From an uncultured virus (IMG/VR IMGVR_UViG_3300009443_000004) (Duplodnaviria > Heunggongvirae > Uroviricota > Caudoviricetes): a stretch of DNA of 64,000 nucleotides. Below the pieces are notes generated by a model. The model worked only from the letters and a program-made list of their open reading frames with translations. It searched no databases and was not told the DNA's origin. The position numbers and the translations under genes are program-made. The stretch is taken from positions 1 through 64,000 of IMG/VR virus record IMGVR_UViG_3300009443_000004. The stretch is one strand, 5' to 3'. Each line of letters begins with the position of its first letter. The first letter of the stretch is position 1. Positions 12,235 through 23,362 of this stretch are shown here, piece after piece.

Positions 12235-12795
12235 TTATACAGCCAGTGTAGAAAATAATATTTCTATTGGTTTACATCCTGACCCTATGCTACTATCTAC
12301 TACTTTAACTTTATAAGCAGTACTAGCTACTAAATTTGTTATAGTGTAATTTGTAATTGTTGTTACAATAGGTGTGCTATTTGCTAATGTCCATCCTGTT
12401 GGAGCAACCTGAGTATCATAATAAATATTAATACCCGTGCTGTTAGCCCATATACCGTTCCATAATATGTTAGCTGTTGAACTTGTAACTTCACCAGCAA
12501 ATACATTATATGGATCATGTGCCACATCTTCTGAAGTACAAGTACCTAATCCGTTTGCAAATATTAATGCAAACTTTTGAATTATAGCATCAAGTCTATC
12601 ACCAGATTTAATCATTATTTGTGCACTTGGATCACCTATCTGAAAAGTAGTACCACAATAACTTACACATGCTGCACACTGAATGTCATCACATCTTTCA
12701 CTTCCTATACTACAATCAGTGTAAGAACATGGATTAGTTAATGCTGTGTCAGCACAGCTACATTTACTACTACATTTTGTACAATTACATGCCAT
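12235..12795 (-). CDS. Cys-rich structural protein with C-terminal fibronectin type III-like domain
   Basis: YTITNLVASTAYKVKV FN3 signature; Cys-rich N-terminus. Confidence 0.6.
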   Translation of the reverse strand: MACNCTKCSSKCSCADTALTNPCSYTDCSIGSERCDDIQCAACVSYCGTTFQIGDPSAQIMIKSGDRLDAIIQKFALIFANGLGTCTSEDVAHDPYNVFAGEVTSSTANILWNGIWANSTGINIYYDTQVAPTGWTLANSTPIVTTITNYTITNLVASTAYKVKVVDSSIGSGCKPIEILFSTLAV

Positions 12796-12810
12796 TTCTT
12801 TTATTTTTTA

Positions 12811-15054
12811 TTATGAACAACCTGCTATTATCTCAGAAGAAATCACTGATGGATCAGAACTTAAATTCCAATTTCCTCCAGTCTGTATTGATAATTCTTT
12901 CCAAGGGAATATTTGTGTCCCATTTATGTTTCCGCTCATACCAGCTCCTGATCCGCAAACAAAGTATTTTACTCCATTAGTATTTGCATCAGCAATCATT
13001 TGTTGTATTCCTGACCATACAGGTGGTACAAAGCTATCATATTGACCTCCTGGTAAATTATCAGTTATTATAATCACATATTTAGCAACATTAGCTCTAA
13101 GTACTCCAGATAAATTTGAAGATCCAACTATCAATTGAGCTGCATAATCTGTTGGCTCAGGAACGTTCATACCTTGTCCAAGATTTACACATGTTCCATC
13201 TACACCACCATCAAGTTTATTTAATTGAGTAGTAAAGCTTGTTCCATTATTTGTAGCAAACTGTTGCCAAGAAGTAATATATTGATATGTTCCTGATGGA
13301 CTAGCAGATATTACTTTTTGTGCAGAAGGTAAACCTGAATAATCTGCACATCCACTATATACTGGTTGTGGTTGTAGATACTCATCTGCAGTAACTAACG
13401 CTAATCTATAATCATTTGCACCTGATGCGGTATCTATAGTATTTACTAAACTTGAAACACCAGCTTTAATAGCACTAATTTGACCGCCCATAGAGCTTGT
13501 GTAGTCTATTATAAATGCTACATCCATCCCATCTGTACATGGAGCACTTGCAGTAGTAGTAGTAAATAATGTGTCAATACAATTTGTATTAGTTTGACCA
13601 TCTATTTCTATATCTATTTCTACTTTGTATTCTGTGCTTGCAGCTAATCCAGTTACTGGCTGCGTTATTGAAACTCCAGGATTATTAACTGTATAAGTTT
13701 GTGTTGTAACGCCAGTTGAAACATTTACTACTCTTATTGTATAAGTAGCTGTTGTTCCTAATGCGTTTGAAATATTTATTGATGCTTCTGTTTGTGTCAC
13801 TGCCGTTATTAATACTGAAGTTGGACAAGGAATAATCCCTGTTATTGTTGAACCAATTCTATCCTCACATGTGTTAGTACCATCTGTTACTGAAAAATCA
13901 ATTAAAATAGATAAATCTCCAAATGTATTTAATGTTGGAATAGCAAAGTTAAATCCTCCTGGAGAACTTTGTAATGCAGGTACATCTACTGTAGCAGTAA
14001 CTGATACATTATCATCATCAGTAATAGTGATCACACTAGCACCCACTGAACTGTTAAAAGTTCCTGGAATACTTGAAGCATTAAAGTCAAAATTAATTGA
14101 TGCAATTATGCCTGCTGCATTTAACGTAGAAGTTGCTGTATATGCAAAAGTTACTGAATCACATCCTGAAGGACAACAGTTATCTTGTATTGCTGAAATA
14201 GCACTATACATATCATCTATTACTACCCAAGCATTTTGCATGGATTGTGCTAATGTAGATGGAGCATTATTCCAACCTGTAAAACTTCCATAAGAAGTAT
14301 TAGGTAAAGTTAATGATGCTGACGTTCCTTGTATTGTTGTTTGTGATATTGCTGAATTAATAGCAGCTGGTAATCCTACTGCTGTCTCTAAAGCACAAAA
14401 TCTAGCTTCAAGGGCTAGAAGTAATACAGAAACATCTGTCAAGTTTCCTACATTAATTATACAAGTTGGTATAACTTGTTTCTCTGCAACTACACCAGAA
14501 CATGGTAAAACACATGCTTCTAAAGTAGATATTCTAGTATCATAACTAGTAAGAGTTGTATTTATAAGTTGAATACTTTGTAGGTTAGTACATACCTGTT
14601 GAGCTATTAGAGTAGCAAACTCATCCAAACGTAGTTCAGTAACAGGATTTCCATTAGCATCATTGTATTGTAAACAAGCAGGTAACACCATCATTGGTAG
14701 ATTACTTTCTACTTGTGATTCTGAACTCAACCTAGATGTTGGTTGAGGCACTTGACCTGTACCAGTATTATCACATATTTGAGTAACCATTGCCTGTAAA
14801 ACAGGAACTAATGTAGTAGGTGTAGTACCTTGTATATTAAGACATGTCAAATCTAATCCTGATAAATTTGGATTAGCATCAACACCATTGGTAATCATAT
14901 CACATACCTTTGTAGCTAATTTTGCTGTTACGTCACTAATAGAATCACCATTGCATAAATCTATGCAGCTGATATCTGGCCCTTGCCATATAACGCAATT
15001 AGATGATATATTATTACATCCGTTTGTTGTGGCACTTGAATTTGTTGGAATCAT
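12811..15054 (-). CDS. Cys-rich structural protein with FN3-like and C-terminal vWA domains
   Basis: VTGLAASTEYKV (FN3); DVAFIIDYTSSMG and IIITD (vWA). Confidence 0.65.
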   Translation of the reverse strand: MIPTNSSATTNGCNNISSNCVIWQGPDISCIDLCNGDSISDVTAKLATKVCDMITNGVDANPNLSGLDLTCLNIQGTTPTTLVPVLQAMVTQICDNTGTGQVPQPTSRLSSESQVESNLPMMVLPACLQYNDANGNPVTELRLDEFATLIAQQVCTNLQSIQLINTTLTSYDTRISTLEACVLPCSGVVAEKQVIPTCIINVGNLTDVSVLLLALEARFCALETAVGLPAAINSAISQTTIQGTSASLTLPNTSYGSFTGWNNAPSTLAQSMQNAWVVIDDMYSAISAIQDNCCPSGCDSVTFAYTATSTLNAAGIIASINFDFNASSIPGTFNSSVGASVITITDDDNVSVTATVDVPALQSSPGGFNFAIPTLNTFGDLSILIDFSVTDGTNTCEDRIGSTITGIIPCPTSVLITAVTQTEASINISNALGTTATYTIRVVNVSTGVTTQTYTVNNPGVSITQPVTGLAASTEYKVEIDIEIDGQTNTNCIDTLFTTTTASAPCTDGMDVAFIIDYTSSMGGQISAIKAGVSSLVNTIDTASGANDYRLALVTADEYLQPQPVYSGCADYSGLPSAQKVISASPSGTYQYITSWQQFATNNGTSFTTQLNKLDGGVDGTCVNLGQGMNVPEPTDYAAQLIVGSSNLSGVLRANVAKYVIIITDNLPGGQYDSFVPPVWSGIQQMIADANTNGVKYFVCGSGAGMSGNINGTQIFPWKELSIQTGGNWNLSSDPSVISSEIIAGCS

Positions 15055-15185
15055 AGATACTTATTTTTTACTCTAATGCAATGTCTGGTTATAAACTATA
15101 CATTAATAATATACAAAAAATTTTAAAACCAAACAAACAATGCTCGGTTTTAAAATTTTTAAATAAGTAAATATGTAAGGAAGTA

Positions 15186-15446
15186 TTAGGCTACTACTTC
15201 TGCATTTTCTTCTACTTCAGATAATGTACCGTCTTCTAAACTAATATTAACAGATCCATATTTATCCTCCAATGCAGTTGTAGTATCTTTCCATTCTGCT
15301 TGAAGCTCAGTATGTCTTGCACACAATGTATTTTTTACTAATTCAGCATTACCTATATTCATCAACAACGTGTTGATTTTTTGTTGAAGATCTTTTACAT
15401 CTTCTAGCTCTTTCTTAGTGAGCTTTTTTGCTTTTGATTTTGCCAT
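15186..15446 (-). CDS. Small coiled-coil hypothetical protein (tail-fibre region)
   Basis: 86-aa ORF preceded by TATCTTTG. Confidence 0.6.
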   Translation of the reverse strand: MAKSKAKKLTKKELEDVKDLQQKINTLLMNIGNAELVKNTLCARHTELQAEWKDTTTALEDKYGSVNISLEDGTLSEVEENAEVVA

Positions 15447-15498
15447 TTGACTTTGGTTTTAAATATATTAATATAATTCAAAGATAATTAAATTTTAT

Positions 15499-16020
15499 TT
15501 ATTTCCAAGGAAGATCTTCAATTATTTTTACATCAGGAAATAATTCATCCTCAATCATTTGTGAAAGGTGCTTTAAATAACCCTCTCTTATATTCTTTTT
15601 CAAAAAAGCAATTACTTCTGATTTAGTTAATTGATTATAGTCTTTTAATAAAATTGGATCTTCAACATCTTTAGGTATGATAAATGATCCACTAACAATG
15701 TAATTTCCAGGCTTAATATCTTTCTTTAAACTTTTTGGAATAACTAATGTACCCTTGTAATCAAAGAACACTTCCAATAATATATTATTTTTATTAGCAA
15801 TAAACTTTGTTATCTCAATACTATATCTAATAAATGGCTTTTCAATTTTTTTAGCAAAAGGTTTTTCAATAACTTTAGTAACTTTAGGTTTTCTCTTAAT
15901 TGCTTTCTTTAACACAGGTTTCTTTACTTCAGGTTTCTTTGCCACAAGTTTTTTAACAGCTGGTTTTTTACTAACCACTTTTTTCTTAACCACTTTGTTT
16001 TTTACCTTTTTCTTTGCCAT
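15499..16020 (-). CDS. Hypothetical protein with Lys-rich N-terminus
   Basis: 173-aa ORF with KKxV/KKP repeats. Confidence 0.6.
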   Translation of the reverse strand: MAKKKVKNKVVKKKVVSKKPAVKKLVAKKPEVKKPVLKKAIKRKPKVTKVIEKPFAKKIEKPFIRYSIEITKFIANKNNILLEVFFDYKGTLVIPKSLKKDIKPGNYIVSGSFIIPKDVEDPILLKDYNQLTKSEVIAFLKKNIREGYLKHLSQMIEDELFPDVKIIEDLPWK

Positions 16021-16039
16021 TGTTTATTGATTTAATCTA

Positions 16040-16465
16040 TTATTTCCTACATAGAGCCGTAGCAGATACTTGACTTGAACTATCTATTTGTATCCAGTAC
16101 CCATTACCTATTTTACAATATCCCTCAGATAAACCTGTTGAACAACCTGAATTACTATATACATAATCTCCTGTAGTTGGAAAAGCACTACTACCATCAT
16201 GATAGTATGTTTGATTTACTGTTCCAGAACATGCAAGAGCTTCAGTACTTGCTACTGCAGTACTACTATACATCGTACATGTACCTGCAGATGCCCCATA
16301 AAAATCACTCATCTGAATAGCACCAGATGCAACACCTGCTAAATTTCTAAAACTAGTTTGACCTAAACTAGAATTAGCATTCTGTGCTAAACCAAGTTCT
16401 ACGTTAATAGATCTGTTAGTAGATGTACCACCTATAGACATTGTTCCACTACTTGCTAAGGCCAT
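16040..16465 (-). CDS. Tail-fibre-associated small protein
   Basis: MALASSG..SI..ELG...MSDFYG N-terminus, a type often found after phage fibre genes. Confidence 0.55.
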   Translation of the reverse strand: MALASSGTMSIGGTSTNRSINVELGLAQNANSSLGQTSFRNLAGVASGAIQMSDFYGASAGTCTMYSSTAVASTEALACSGTVNQTYYHDGSSAFPTTGDYVYSNSGCSTGLSEGYCKIGNGYWIQIDSSSQVSATALCRK

Positions 16466-19400
16466 CTAATTGTAATTTAAGTTCATCTATTTGTTTCTGT
16501 TGGTCTTTTACTGCTTCTATAAGATACCCTACTAGGTTACCGTATGCTACAGATTTCATGCCATCCTCTTTCTCATTAGTCATTACTAATTCAGGTGCAA
16601 CTTTTTCTATTTCTTGTGCAATAACACCAGAACCAGCCTTACCATCTTTAGTGTATGAGACACCTCTCATATCTAAAACTTTAGAACCATCTAAAGTTTC
16701 TATATTATCTTTTAATCTTTCATCAGAGAATGCAGTAATATTACCAGTAGCAGTAAAGGTTCCATTATCCGCATCAAAAGTAAATCTTGTTGCATTACCA
16801 CTATTCCCATCTCTTATCTTAAAGTCTTCACCATTGTTTATATCCATAAACATATCAGTGCCACTAAAGAACATTTCTACATCATCACCAGTTCCAAAAC
16901 GTAATATATCATTATCAGCTAAATCAATGACTCCTCTAACATTCAGTGTACTGAGAACAGTCCAGTTTGTAACTGAGGTATTATCCCTATTCATAAATGG
17001 CAAATCTGCCAATGCAAAAGCTCTTGTTTCACCACTACCAGAAGAATCTAAACCAATCATTACTAAATCATCAATTTCTGCTTCTCCACTACCACCAGGA
17101 CAATCTGCTATAATACCACTACTACCATAGTCTACATTTAAAGTAACTCCTCCACTACTTCCACCACCTGCTAATCCACTACCGGCAGTTACTCCTGTAA
17201 TGTCTCCTACATTAGTTGTATAACCAGCTCCGTTAGTTAATTGATTATTATTAGTAATAGTACAGTTCAATGTTACAGTACCGCTTGTACCACCCCCACT
17301 CATTCCTGTTCCTGCAGTTACTCCTGTAATATCTCCTAAATTATTAGTAAAAGGAAGATTACTCATAGTTGTTTCAAACACATTACCAACAGAATTTGCA
17401 ATAAGTAAAAAATCTCCTGTTCCAACTGCACCAGAAGCAGTTGGTGCTGCTTTTATTATACTATCACTTCCTAAATAATCAACACTAAGAGTAGGTGTAC
17501 CTGATGTACCTCCCCCTGATAAACCTGCTCCTGCACTAACACCGACTATATCTCCAGTAGCTCCTAAATTAACAGCTGTTACTCTACCATAATCATCAAG
17601 AGTGATTGTATCAATTTTAGTACTGTTAGATGTAGAGCCGTAACTTCCAGCTCCTGCTCCCCCAGTAGCCATGTTTAACGTAACACTTCCAGATGTCCCA
17701 CCACCAGATAAATTTGTACCAGCTACAACAGCTGTAATATCACCTTGTGGAATATTTGGAAAAGAAGCTAAGTTTCCGTCACCTCTTACATACTGTGCAG
17801 AATCTCCTGCCATTGTAATAGCAAGAGTACCTGATGAAGTTACTGCTGAACCTACTTCAAACGCATTTCCTCCATGAGATATACCTACGCTTGTAACTGT
17901 ACCTGTTGTTGAACTTGTACCTGCTCCTATAAAGGCTCTAATAGCAGAAGGACTACTACAGTATCTTGTATAATTGTCTGTACTGTTATTAACCCTAAAA
18001 GCAATTGCTCCAGATATAGTACTTTGATTTGTATAATTAGCTCTAAGCAATCTAACATTAAGATCTGCAGATGAATCTCTATAAGCAATAGTAGAAGCTG
18101 TTGCAGCAGTTGTTGCGTTAGATGTTACTGTAAATGTACTATTGCCACTTTGATTTGCAGTTGCACTCATTGAACCGCTTAATCCATTACCACTTGTAGC
18201 ACCATTAATTTGACCATTACCAACAGATGGTATAGAAGATGATGTTATAAATCCAGCATCATTGCTAAATATACTTAACCCTATTTCGTTAGCTGCTTTT
18301 CTACGTTCTGCACCAGAATCTAAAACTATAAATTCATCAGTTCCAACCATAGTTTGAGTCATGTCAACAAGCTCTGATAAATCTAAAGTAATTGTACCTG
18401 ATGTTGTAAATGAACCATCTAATCCAGTTCCAGTTCCTACAGATGTTACAGTTCCTTGTGGATTACTAAATGATGTAGTTAAAGTACCACCATCTTGTTG
18501 TGTAAGTGTTAGTGTTATTGTAGAAGAACCTGAATCACTAAATTCAGTAATCATGTTATCATATGCAGAATTAGATTCCGCAGAACCACCACCACTCCAA
18601 GTAACTGCACCACTAACAGTTAAAGCATTTGATGATGTATTAAATGTCAGACCACTATCACTTGTAATATTTGATGCACTGTTCCATACTGCAATTCTAC
18701 CAGATGAACCACTACCTGTTACATTACCAACTTGGGTATTGTCTATCTTTTGCCAAGCATCTGTTACTTGATCAGAGAATACTGCCCAATCTCCAACTTT
18801 CCAGTCTGTGATGCCATCTAAATTTGTATTACCAGCAACTGAAACTATGTAGTATTCTCCTACTGTTCCTGATCCACCTGTTAATGTTGGTGTGTTTGTA
18901 TTTGCGTTCCATACTCCATCATACTTTAAAACTCCTGTTACAGCTGTATCAATAGCTGTTTGAATTTGTGCCCCAGTTGCTAATTTAGTTGATGAAGAAC
19001 TTACCGTCCCTGTGTTTGGTGTTAATTGTACAGATGTAGTACCACTCGTAGTTAGTGTGTTTGTATTACCTGAACTAATTAAATTTACTTGTCCTGTTGC
19101 ACCTGTTGTTACTGCTGTTACTCTTCCATATGCATCTACTGTAATATTATCTATCTTATTGCTATTTGATGTAGAACCGTAAGTTCCAGAGCCTATACCA
19201 CCAGTTGCCATGTTGATAGTAATTGTTTCATCAATACCTTGATTAGTTGTAAAAGTACCACCAGTAGTTAAATTTGTACCTGCTTCTATAGTTATAGCTG
19301 CATTGTTTACTGTAGGTAAAGATGCAGAAGTTATATAATTAGCAGTGTTAGAAAATATACTGTTACCTATTTCACCTGCAGCTTTTCTACGTTCTGCCCC

Positions 19401-20804
19401 TGAATCTAATACTATAAACTCGTCTGTAGGAGTCATACCCGCTGTCATGTCTGTAAATTCAGATAAATCTAAACTAAGTGAAGTAGCTCCTGCATCTAAA
19501 CCAGCACTTAATGTAATTTCAGTTAGATCTAATGAAACAGTAAACGTTGAAGTTCCAGATTGATTAGCTGTAAATGAAGCACTGCCGTCAAGACCTGTGC
19601 TTGTTCCCATGTTAAGTGTTCCATTATTAACTGTAGGTATAGTTGGAAAAGTAGTTAATATACCTTCTCCGTTTATATAATCTGTAGAAGCACCTGTAAA
19701 TTCTAAATCAAATGTTCCGCTTGTTGTAATTGTTTGTGTAGATCCTTCACTTATTGTAATAGCATCACCATCAATCATTGTAGTTACACTTGTAACAGTA
19801 CCTTGCGGTACACCTGCAACAGCAGTATCAACATATGTTTTTGTAGCTGCATCTTGAGCAGAGGTAGGATTTACTACATCTGTTATTTTACAGTTTACAT
19901 CTAAAGCACTTGCGTTGTTGATTCTTAATATACTATCTGTTGCGTCATCAACTGTAAATAAACTAACATTTGTAGTTCCTTGAAAAACAATCCCTTCTCC
20001 TGGGTCATTAATATTAAGTTGATTAACCCCTGTTATATTATAATTACTACCTGTAATACCGCCATTAGCATTTGTTAATCCATCTATACCTGCATCTGCA
20101 CCTATTTTACCACTAAAACTTTTAACTCCAGCTATACTTTGATTACCTGTAGTTCTTACAACTGTACTATCTACTTGAATAGTTCCTGTTGCTGTTATTG
20201 TACCACCTGTAATACCGTTTGAAGTAGCTATAGAAGTAACACCTGAGCTTGTAACATATCTACCATCTAAATCCACAGTTAAAGATGATAGTCCTCCATT
20301 TCTAGTTGCTGTTAAAATACCATTATTAGTAGTATTGAAACTTAATCCTGTAACATAATAGTTATCATTATTATCTGTAGAATTTATAGTAATTGTATCA
20401 CCACTTCTAGATGTAGTAGTTCCACCTGTTCCAGTAATAGTTAATGTATCATTATTACTATTTGCTGTAGCTGTACCACTTTGTGTAGCAATATTTTTAT
20501 ATATAGCTTGGCTTGAACCTTTATCAGAGTTTGTTAAAGTAATAGTACCAGAAGAAGTAACTGTACCACTACCACTTAGTCCTGATGAACCTTGTACTGT
20601 AACTGAAGTTACTGTACCAAGATTACCTGTAGCACCAATATCATTAAGTATCTGAGCTTTTGTTCTATATTTAAGAACTCCACCATCCCATACCATAATA
20701 CCTGTATAAGTACTATTATCAGCTGTAATACTACTAACTGATAATGTACCAGTTATTTCACTGTTTCCTGTTACAGATAAGCCTGATATAAATTGTATAG
20801 CCAT
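16449..20804 (-). CDS. Tail fibre protein with C-terminal intramolecular chaperone (peptidase S74)
   Basis: Gly/Thr/Ser-rich GTVTSV and GDITGV repeats; SDERLKDNI...GVIAQEIEKVAPELV S74 signature. Confidence 0.9.
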   Translation of the reverse strand: MAIQFISGLSVTGNSEITGTLSVSSITADNSTYTGIMVWDGGVLKYRTKAQILNDIGATGNLGTVTSVTVQGSSGLSGSGTVTSSGTITLTNSDKGSSQAIYKNIATQSGTATANSNNDTLTITGTGGTTTSRSGDTITINSTDNNDNYYVTGLSFNTTNNGILTATRNGGLSSLTVDLDGRYVTSSGVTSIATSNGITGGTITATGTIQVDSTVVRTTGNQSIAGVKSFSGKIGADAGIDGLTNANGGITGSNYNITGVNQLNINDPGEGIVFQGTTNVSLFTVDDATDSILRINNASALDVNCKITDVVNPTSAQDAATKTYVDTAVAGVPQGTVTSVTTMIDGDAITISEGSTQTITTSGTFDLEFTGASTDYINGEGILTTFPTIPTVNNGTLNMGTSTGLDGSASFTANQSGTSTFTVSLDLTEITLSAGLDAGATSLSLDLSEFTDMTAGMTPTDEFIVLDSGAERRKAAGEIGNSIFSNTANYITSASLPTVNNAAITIEAGTNLTTGGTFTTNQGIDETITINMATGGIGSGTYGSTSNSNKIDNITVDAYGRVTAVTTGATGQVNLISSGNTNTLTTSGTTSVQLTPNTGTVSSSSTKLATGAQIQTAIDTAVTGVLKYDGVWNANTNTPTLTGGSGTVGEYYIVSVAGNTNLDGITDWKVGDWAVFSDQVTDAWQKIDNTQVGNVTGSGSSGRIAVWNSASNITSDSGLTFNTSSNALTVSGAVTWSGGGSAESNSAYDNMITEFSDSGSSTITLTLTQQDGGTLTTSFSNPQGTVTSVGTGTGLDGSFTTSGTITLDLSELVDMTQTMVGTDEFIVLDSGAERRKAANEIGLSIFSNDAGFITSSSIPSVGNGQINGATSGNGLSGSMSATANQSGNSTFTVTSNATTAATASTIAYRDSSADLNVRLLRANYTNQSTISGAIAFRVNNSTDNYTRYCSSPSAIRAFIGAGTSSTTGTVTSVGISHGGNAFEVGSAVTSSGTLAITMAGDSAQYVRGDGNLASFPNIPQGDITAVVAGTNLSGGGTSGSVTLNMATGGAGAGSYGSTSNSTKIDTITLDDYGRVTAVNLGATGDIVGVSAGAGLSGGGTSGTPTLSVDYLGSDSIIKAAPTASGAVGTGDFLLIANSVGNVFETTMSNLPFTNNLGDITGVTAGTGMSGGGTSGTVTLNCTITNNNQLTNGAGYTTNVGDITGVTAGSGLAGGGSSGGVTLNVDYGSSGIIADCPGGSGEAEIDDLVMIGLDSSGSGETRAFALADLPFMNRDNTSVTNWTVLSTLNVRGVIDLADNDILRFGTGDDVEMFFSGTDMFMDINNGEDFKIRDGNSGNATRFTFDADNGTFTATGNITAFSDERLKDNIETLDGSKVLDMRGVSYTKDGKAGSGVIAQEIEKVAPELVMTNEKEDGMKSVAYGNLVGYLIEAVKDQQKQIDELKLQLDGLSK

Positions 20805-20834
20805 GTTCTTTTTTTTGCTAAGATACTAAATTTA

Positions 20835-20877
20835 AAAAAAAGGGAAAAGCTTAAATTGATATATCTAAGCTTTCCCC
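20835..20877 (-). terminator. Intrinsic terminator
   Basis: GGGAAAGCTTA/TAAGCTTTTCCC stem plus T-run. Confidence 0.6.
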
Positions 20878-20893
20878 AATTTAATAATTGTTA

Positions 20894-23317
20894 TTATACT
20901 ACCTTCATTATTATAAATTTCAGGCTATTTGCAGTAATATTATTTGTCCAACTAAAATCAACATTACCACTAGTAGTGTTATATTCTGTTTGAACTTTTA
21001 CTTCAAAACCACCTGCATTGTATACTTGCGTAATAAATGGTCCTGTACCCAACCCGTGTGTTCCTGCTGTTACTGTAAAAGAACTAGTTGCCGTTGCTGG
21101 TCCACTAGCCACATAAGTTCTTTTTTCAAGATGAACTTTTAAAGTAGCTGGTGATACAAACAACTGTTGTCCTGCTGTACCCGCATCTACTTCTGATTGA
21201 GTTGCTGTTTCAGCTACACCTCGTGCACCATAAGTTGAATCAGGTAACGTTCTTGTAGAATTAGCTGTAATAACACCATCAGTCATTGTTAATGTATCAA
21301 TTACATCAACACCTGAAGTATCTATATCTGAGTCAGTACCAATAATTTTATTAAATGTACTTGCTAACTGAGCATCACTAATACCACCTGCTTTAATTGT
21401 AATAAAACCATTAACTGTTCCAGCAAAAGAAGCATTACTAAATCCAGCAACACCTTTTTCAGTTGCCCCATCTGTTGCACCTACACCAGCAATATTTTGA
21501 TCTTGAATTACTACCGTATAGTCACTTAATGAAGGTGAAGAACTTCCTGCTATATCTGAATTTGCAAATATTAAGTCTCCTACTTCAAGTGATTCTGTAA
21601 AGAAGGTTCCGTCTTGTGTTACAACATAAAAGTCACCTTGTGTTAATGCCACATTGTTTGCTCCTGTTAATACAGGATTGTTTGTTGATGCATTATATCC
21701 ACCTTGGAATACACCTACTCCAGCTACTGCAGATTGCATTTGTGCTAAATTAACAGCATCTGTTCCAGCTGTACCAGTTGCAAGGCCAGTAATTTTATTA
21801 TTTCCTAACGCTATATTATTATTTGGTACACCTAATACGTCAAGTGGTATATCAACTATAGCAGCCTTTTTAACAGCTCCTGCTGCACTATCATCACCAA
21901 TTAAAATTAGATCATCTGCCTCTGCAAAGCCTGACATTCCACCAGCATCACCAATAATACCTGTTGCAGAATAATCTACTGCAAGTGATCCTGTACTTGT
22001 TATAGTACCACCTGTAAGACCTAAACCACTTCCTACACTTGTTACACCATCTACTGGTAAAGTAGCAAGTGTTAAGTTACCTAAGATTACTTGTGAGGCA
22101 GTACCTGCTCCAGCAATGTTTATATTTCCATCTGCTATAAGAGGTGAATTTGTAATTGTAAGAGCATTACCAGTTTCTGTAATACCAACACTTGTTAATC
22201 CTGTGTTTGTATCTGTAGCCCATGCTGGAAGACCATTACTATCTACTTTTAATACTTTACCTGTTGATCCTATAGCTATTTTAGCTAATGTTGATGTACC
22301 AGAAGCATATAGTAAGTCTCCTGCTGTATAACTAGTTAATCCAGTACCACCATTATCTACGTCTAATGTACCTGACATTGTCATAGTACCACTAGAAGTA
22401 ATTGGAGAGTTATTAAAGGACATTCCAGTACTACCACCACTTACACCTACTGAAGTTACAGAACCTGCACCCGCATTAATATAAGTTGCTACTTGAGATA
22501 AGTTTGCAAATTTAGCATTGCTATCTGAAGCATCAGAAAATATTACTTTATCAGTTCCTGCTAATGTAACAGATGTTCCATCTGCTGCCGCTAATACAAC
22601 GTTATCTGTACCTGCATAATCTACTGCTAATGTTCCTGAAGAAACAATTGTACCACCTGTTAAACCAGCTCCAGTTCCTATAGAAGTAACTGTACCGTCT
22701 TTACCAAAACCAGGCATATTAGAAATAAGTGATTTTCTTAATGTATTACTATCACTTACATCTGAGAACCAAACATAATCAGTTCCTACTGGATCTGCAG
22801 CAGTTAATACTTCAATTGCATTATCTGTACCTACAGTATCAATATTAACTGTTGGTGTTGTAGAAGGAGAACCTGTAATTGTTATACCAGTTCCTCCTGT
22901 TAAAGAAGTAACTGTACCAACATTATTTGTAGCATTTGTTGTAACTGTAAGAGTATTTGATGATCTGGTTACGGTTAAGGATGCTGATGCTGTACCATTA
23001 CCTTGTATTATTACATTATCAGCTACACCATCGTTATCTATTAATTGGATGCCTGCTGTTCCATTAGCACCACCTACACCAAATAGTTCATAAGTTGTAT
23101 TAGAATCTGATCCAGTTGTAAAATCTACCCATGCTCCATTTGCACGGAGTCTCATTTTGTCTGTGCTAGAATTGTAATAAATCTGACCATCTCCTAGCAA
23201 GCTAGCACCAGTTGGATCTGCAGTTTCATTTTGAATTCTGGCGTTCTTGAACGTACCCTGGTTGATAAGCGTGATATGCCCATCAACTTGAATACCTGCT
23301 AAAAATTGTATTGCCAT
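20894..23317 (-). CDS. Tail fibre protein
   Basis: GTVTS repeats, ITGLATGT..TDAVN motif, MAIQF N-terminus shared with the adjacent fibre. Confidence 0.8.
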   Translation of the reverse strand: MAIQFLAGIQVDGHITLINQGTFKNARIQNETADPTGASLLGDGQIYYNSSTDKMRLRANGAWVDFTTGSDSNTTYELFGVGGANGTAGIQLIDNDGVADNVIIQGNGTASASLTVTRSSNTLTVTTNATNNVGTVTSLTGGTGITITGSPSTTPTVNIDTVGTDNAIEVLTAADPVGTDYVWFSDVSDSNTLRKSLISNMPGFGKDGTVTSIGTGAGLTGGTIVSSGTLAVDYAGTDNVVLAAADGTSVTLAGTDKVIFSDASDSNAKFANLSQVATYINAGAGSVTSVGVSGGSTGMSFNNSPITSSGTMTMSGTLDVDNGGTGLTSYTAGDLLYASGTSTLAKIAIGSTGKVLKVDSNGLPAWATDTNTGLTSVGITETGNALTITNSPLIADGNINIAGAGTASQVILGNLTLATLPVDGVTSVGSGLGLTGGTITSTGSLAVDYSATGIIGDAGGMSGFAEADDLILIGDDSAAGAVKKAAIVDIPLDVLGVPNNNIALGNNKITGLATGTAGTDAVNLAQMQSAVAGVGVFQGGYNASTNNPVLTGANNVALTQGDFYVVTQDGTFFTESLEVGDLIFANSDIAGSSSPSLSDYTVVIQDQNIAGVGATDGATEKGVAGFSNASFAGTVNGFITIKAGGISDAQLASTFNKIIGTDSDIDTSGVDVIDTLTMTDGVITANSTRTLPDSTYGARGVAETATQSEVDAGTAGQQLFVSPATLKVHLEKRTYVASGPATATSSFTVTAGTHGLGTGPFITQVYNAGGFEVKVQTEYNTTSGNVDFSWTNNITANSLKFIIMKVV

Positions 23318-23362
23318 TTTATTTATTTTTAATTGTTATTATTATTGTTTAATTGTTATTTT

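Noticed and set aside
16449..23317. Diversity-generating retroelement acting on tail fibres
   Set aside because: No reverse transcriptase in the window, and the repeats differ at synonymous positions rather than specifically at adenines
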